The notes under the pieces are model-generated. The model saw nothing but the letters and a program-made list of their open reading frames with translations, did not search any database and was not told the origin of the DNA. This document shows positions 21,080 to 23,721 of a stretch of 23,721 nucleotides of DNA, piece after piece. Within the stretch, counting starts at the first letter, position 1. Each line of letters opens with the position of its first letter. The position numbers were made by a program, and so were the translations under genes. Source of the stretch: a virus (lineage: Duplodnaviria > Heunggongvirae > Uroviricota > Caudoviricetes); IMG/VR virus record IMGVR_UViG_2663762992_000003, positions 1 to 23,721 of that record; one strand, written 5' to 3'.

Positions 21080-21648
21080 AAACGGGGGCTGAAGCCATCC
21101 GGGCACTGGTCACACAGCTCCCGGCGTTTCGTCAGAAACTGAGCGACGGCTGGTATCAGGTACGGATTGCCGGGCGGGACGTCAGCACGTCCGGGTTAAC
21201 GGCGCAGTTACATGAGACTCTGCCTGATGGCGCTGTGATTCATATTGTTCCCAGAGTCGCCGGGGCCAAGTCAGGTGGCGTATTCCAGATTGTCCTGGGG
21301 GCTGCCGCCATTGCCGGATCATTCTTTACCGCCGGAGCCACCCTTGCAGCATGGGGGGCAGCCATTGGGGCCGGTGGTATGACCGGCATCCTGTTTTCTC
21401 TCGGTGCCAGTATGGTGCTCGGTGGTGTGGCGCAGATGCTGGCACCGAAAGCCAGAACTCCCCGTACACAGACAACGGATAACGGTAAGCAGAACACCTA
21501 TTTCTCTTCACTGGATAACATGGTTGCCCAGGGCAATGTTCTGCCTGTTCTGTACGGGGAAATGCGCGTGGGGTCACGCGTGGTTTCTCAGGAGATCAGC
21601 ACGGCAGACGAAGGGGACGGTGGTCAGGTTGTGGTGATTGGTCGCTGA
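20977..21648 (+). CDS. I: Tail tip assembly protein I
   Basis: 223 aa; matches lambda gpI; overlaps the 3' end of K as in lambda. Confidence 0.95.
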   Translation: MAATHTLPLASPGMARICLYGDLQRFGRRIDLRVKTGAEAIRALVTQLPAFRQKLSDGWYQVRIAGRDVSTSGLTAQLHETLPDGAVIHIVPRVAGAKSGGVFQIVLGAAAIAGSFFTAGATLAAWGAAIGAGGMTGILFSLGASMVLGGVAQMLAPKARTPRTQTTDNGKQNTYFSSLDNMVAQGNVLPVLYGEMRVGSRVVSQEISTADEGDGGQVVVIGR

Positions 21649-21666
21649 TGCAAAATGTTTTATGTG

Positions 21667-21687
21667 AAACCGCCTGCGGGCGGTTTT
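21667..21687 (+). terminator. Hairpin (AAACCGCC-TGCG-GGCGGTTT) between I and J
   Basis: 8-bp stem with 4-nt loop directly after the I stop, followed by TTTTGTCATTT. Confidence 0.3.
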
Positions 21688-21708
21688 GTCATTTATGGAG
21701 CGTGAGGA

Positions 21709-23721
21709 ATGGGTAAAGGAAGCAGTAAGGGGCATACCCCGCGCGAAGCGAAGGACAACCTGAAGTCCACGCAGTTGCTGAGTGTGATCGATGCCATCAG
21801 CGAAGGGCCGGTTGAAGGTCCGGTGGATGGATTAAAAAGCGTGCTGCTGAACAGTACGCCGGTGCTGGACACTGAGGGGAATACCAACATCTCCGGTGTC
21901 ACGGTGGTGTTCCGTGCCGGTGAGCAGGAGCAGACACCGCCGGAGGGGTTTGAATCCTCCGGCTCCGAGACGGTGCTGGGTACGGAAGTGAAATATGACA
22001 CGCCGATCACCCGCACCATTACGTCTGCAAACATCGACCGTCTGCGCTTTACCTTCGGTGTACAGGCACTGGTGGAAACCACCTCAAAGGGGGACAGGAA
22101 TCCGTCGGAAGTCCGTCTGCTGGTTCAGATACAACGTAACGGTGGCTGGGTGACGGAAAAAGACATCACCATTAAGGGCAAAACCACCTCGCAGTATCTG
22201 GCCTCGGTGGTGGTGGGTAGCCTGCCGCCGCGCCCGTTTAATATCCGGATGCGCAGGATGACGCCGGACAGCACCACAGACCAGCTGCAGAACAAAACGC
22301 TCTGGTCGTCATACACCGAAATCATCGATGTGAAACAGTGCTACCCGAACACGGCACTGGTCGGCGTGCAGGTGGACTCGGAGCAGTTCGGCAGCCAGCA
22401 GGTGAGCCGTAATTATCATCTTCGCGGGCGCATTCTGCAGGTGCCGTCGAACTATAACCCGCAGACGCGGCAATACAGCGGTATCTGGGACGGAACGTTT
22501 AAGCCGGCATACAGCAACAACCCGGCCTGGTGTCTGTGGGATATGCTGACCCACCCGCGCTACGGCATGGGGAAACGTCTTTGTGCGGCGGATGTGGATA
22601 AATGGGCGCTGTATGTCATCGGCCAGTACTGCGACCAGTCAGTGCCGGACGGTTTTGGCGGCACGGAGCCGCGCATCACCTGTAATGCCTACCTGACCAC
22701 GCAGCGTAAGGCGTGGGATGTGCTCAGTGATTTCTGCTCGGCGATGCGCTGTATGCCGGTATGGAACGGGCAGACGCTGACGTTCGTGCAGGACCGACCA
22801 TCAGATAAGGTGTGGACCTATAACCGCAGTAATGTGGTGATGCCGGATGATGGCGCGCCGTTCCGCTACAGCTTCAGCGCCCTGAAGGACCGCCATAATG
22901 CCGTTGAGGTGAACTGGATTGACCCGAACAACGGCTGGGAGACGGCGACAGAGCTTGTTGAAGATACGCAGGCCATTGCCCGTTACGGTCGTAATGTCAC
23001 GAAGATGGATGCCTTTGGCTGTACCAGCCGGGGGCAGGCGCACCGCGCCGGGCTGTGGCTGATTAAAACGGAACTGCTGGAAACGCAGACCGTGGACTTC
23101 AGCGTGGGTGCAGAAGGGCTTCGCCATGTACCGGGCGATGTCATTGAAATCTGCGATGATGACTATGCCGGTATCAGCACCGGCGGGCGCGTGCTGGCGG
23201 TAAACAGCCAGACCCGGACGCTGACGCTCGACCGTGAAATCACGCTGCCATCCTCCGGTACCACGCTGATAAGCCTGGTTGACGGAAGTGGCAATCCGGT
23301 CAGCGTGGAGGTTCAGTCCGTCACCGACGGCGTGAAGGTAAAAGTGAGCCGTGTTCCTGACGGTGTTGCTGAATACAGCGTATGGGGGCTGAAGCTGCCG
23401 ACGCTGCGTCAGCGACTGTTCCGCTGTGTGAGTATCCGTGAGAACGACGACGGCACGTATGCCATCACTGCCGTGCAGCATGTACCGGAGAAAGAAGCCA
23501 TCGTGGATAACGGGGCGCACTTTGACGGTGACCAGAGCGGCACGGTGAATGGTGTCACGCCGCCAGCGGTGCAGCACCTGACTGCCGAAGTCACTGCAGA
23601 CAGCGGGGAGTATCAGGTACTGGCCCGCTGGGACACGCCGAAGGTGGTGAAGGGCGTGAGCTTCCTGCTTCGCCTGACCGTGGCAGCGGACGACGGCAGT
23701 GAGCGGCTGGTCAGCACGGCC
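21709..23721 (+). CDS. J: Central tail fibre / host-specificity protein J, N-terminal 671 codons (continues beyond window)
   Basis: ATG at 21709 gives MGKGSSKGHTPREAKDNLKSTQLLSVIDAISEGPVEGPVDGLKSVLL, the lambda gpJ N-terminus; open to the window end. It was missing from the ORF track because there is no stop in the window. Confidence 0.95.
   Translation, partial: MGKGSSKGHTPREAKDNLKSTQLLSVIDAISEGPVEGPVDGLKSVLLNSTPVLDTEGNTNISGVTVVFRAGEQEQTPPEGFESSGSETVLGTEVKYDTPITRTITSANIDRLRFTFGVQALVETTSKGDRNPSEVRLLVQIQRNGGWVTEKDITIKGKTTSQYLASVVVGSLPPRPFNIRMRRMTPDSTTDQLQNKTLWSSYTEIIDVKQCYPNTALVGVQVDSEQFGSQQVSRNYHLRGRILQVPSNYNPQTRQYSGIWDGTFKPAYSNNPAWCLWDMLTHPRYGMGKRLCAADVDKWALYVIGQYCDQSVPDGFGGTEPRITCNAYLTTQRKAWDVLSDFCSAMRCMPVWNGQTLTFVQDRPSDKVWTYNRSNVVMPDDGAPFRYSFSALKDRHNAVEVNWIDPNNGWETATELVEDTQAIARYGRNVTKMDAFGCTSRGQAHRAGLWLIKTELLETQTVDFSVGAEGLRHVPGDVIEICDDDYAGISTGGRVLAVNSQTRTLTLDREITLPSSGTTLISLVDGSGNPVSVEVQSVTDGVKVKVSRVPDGVAEYSVWGLKLPTLRQRLFRCVSIRENDDGTYAITAVQHVPEKEAIVDNGAHFDGDQSGTVNGVTPPAVQHLTAEVTADSGEYQVLARWDTPKVVKGVSFLLRLTVAADDGSERLVSTA

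Noticed and set aside
22801-23577. 258-aa minus-strand ORF opposite J
   Set aside because: Antisense to J coding sequence and Arg/His-rich; a spurious open frame.

Overview
This window is the late region of a lambda-type (lambdoid) prophage, and I do not see convincing evidence of an entirely new biological system in it. Calls rest on reading the ORF-track translations against remembered lambda and E. coli DLP12 protein sequences; no search was run. Left to right: a partial IS2 copy (1-316); a DLP12-like nin/recombination cluster (ylcH-like, ybcN, ninE-like, ybcO, rusA, ylcG-like); a 229-aa cysteine-free protein in the Q antiterminator slot; a late promoter/terminator region; a lysis cassette (non-lambda holin, lambda-type R, Rz, embedded Rz1); bor and an AT-rich block of three small uncharacterised ORFs; an intact cos site (cosN junction at 6193-6216); and a complete, colinear lambda head and tail gene set (Nu1, A, W, B, C/Nu3, D, E, FI, FII, Z, U, V, G/G-T, H, M, L, K, I) plus the first 671 codons of J. 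No rRNA, tRNA or CRISPR array is evident. The most unusual points are the mosaic left arm joined to a lambda-like right arm, the atypical Q-slot protein, and the AT-rich moron block beside cos. The many ORFs antisense to structural genes look like artefacts of GC-rich coding sequence.
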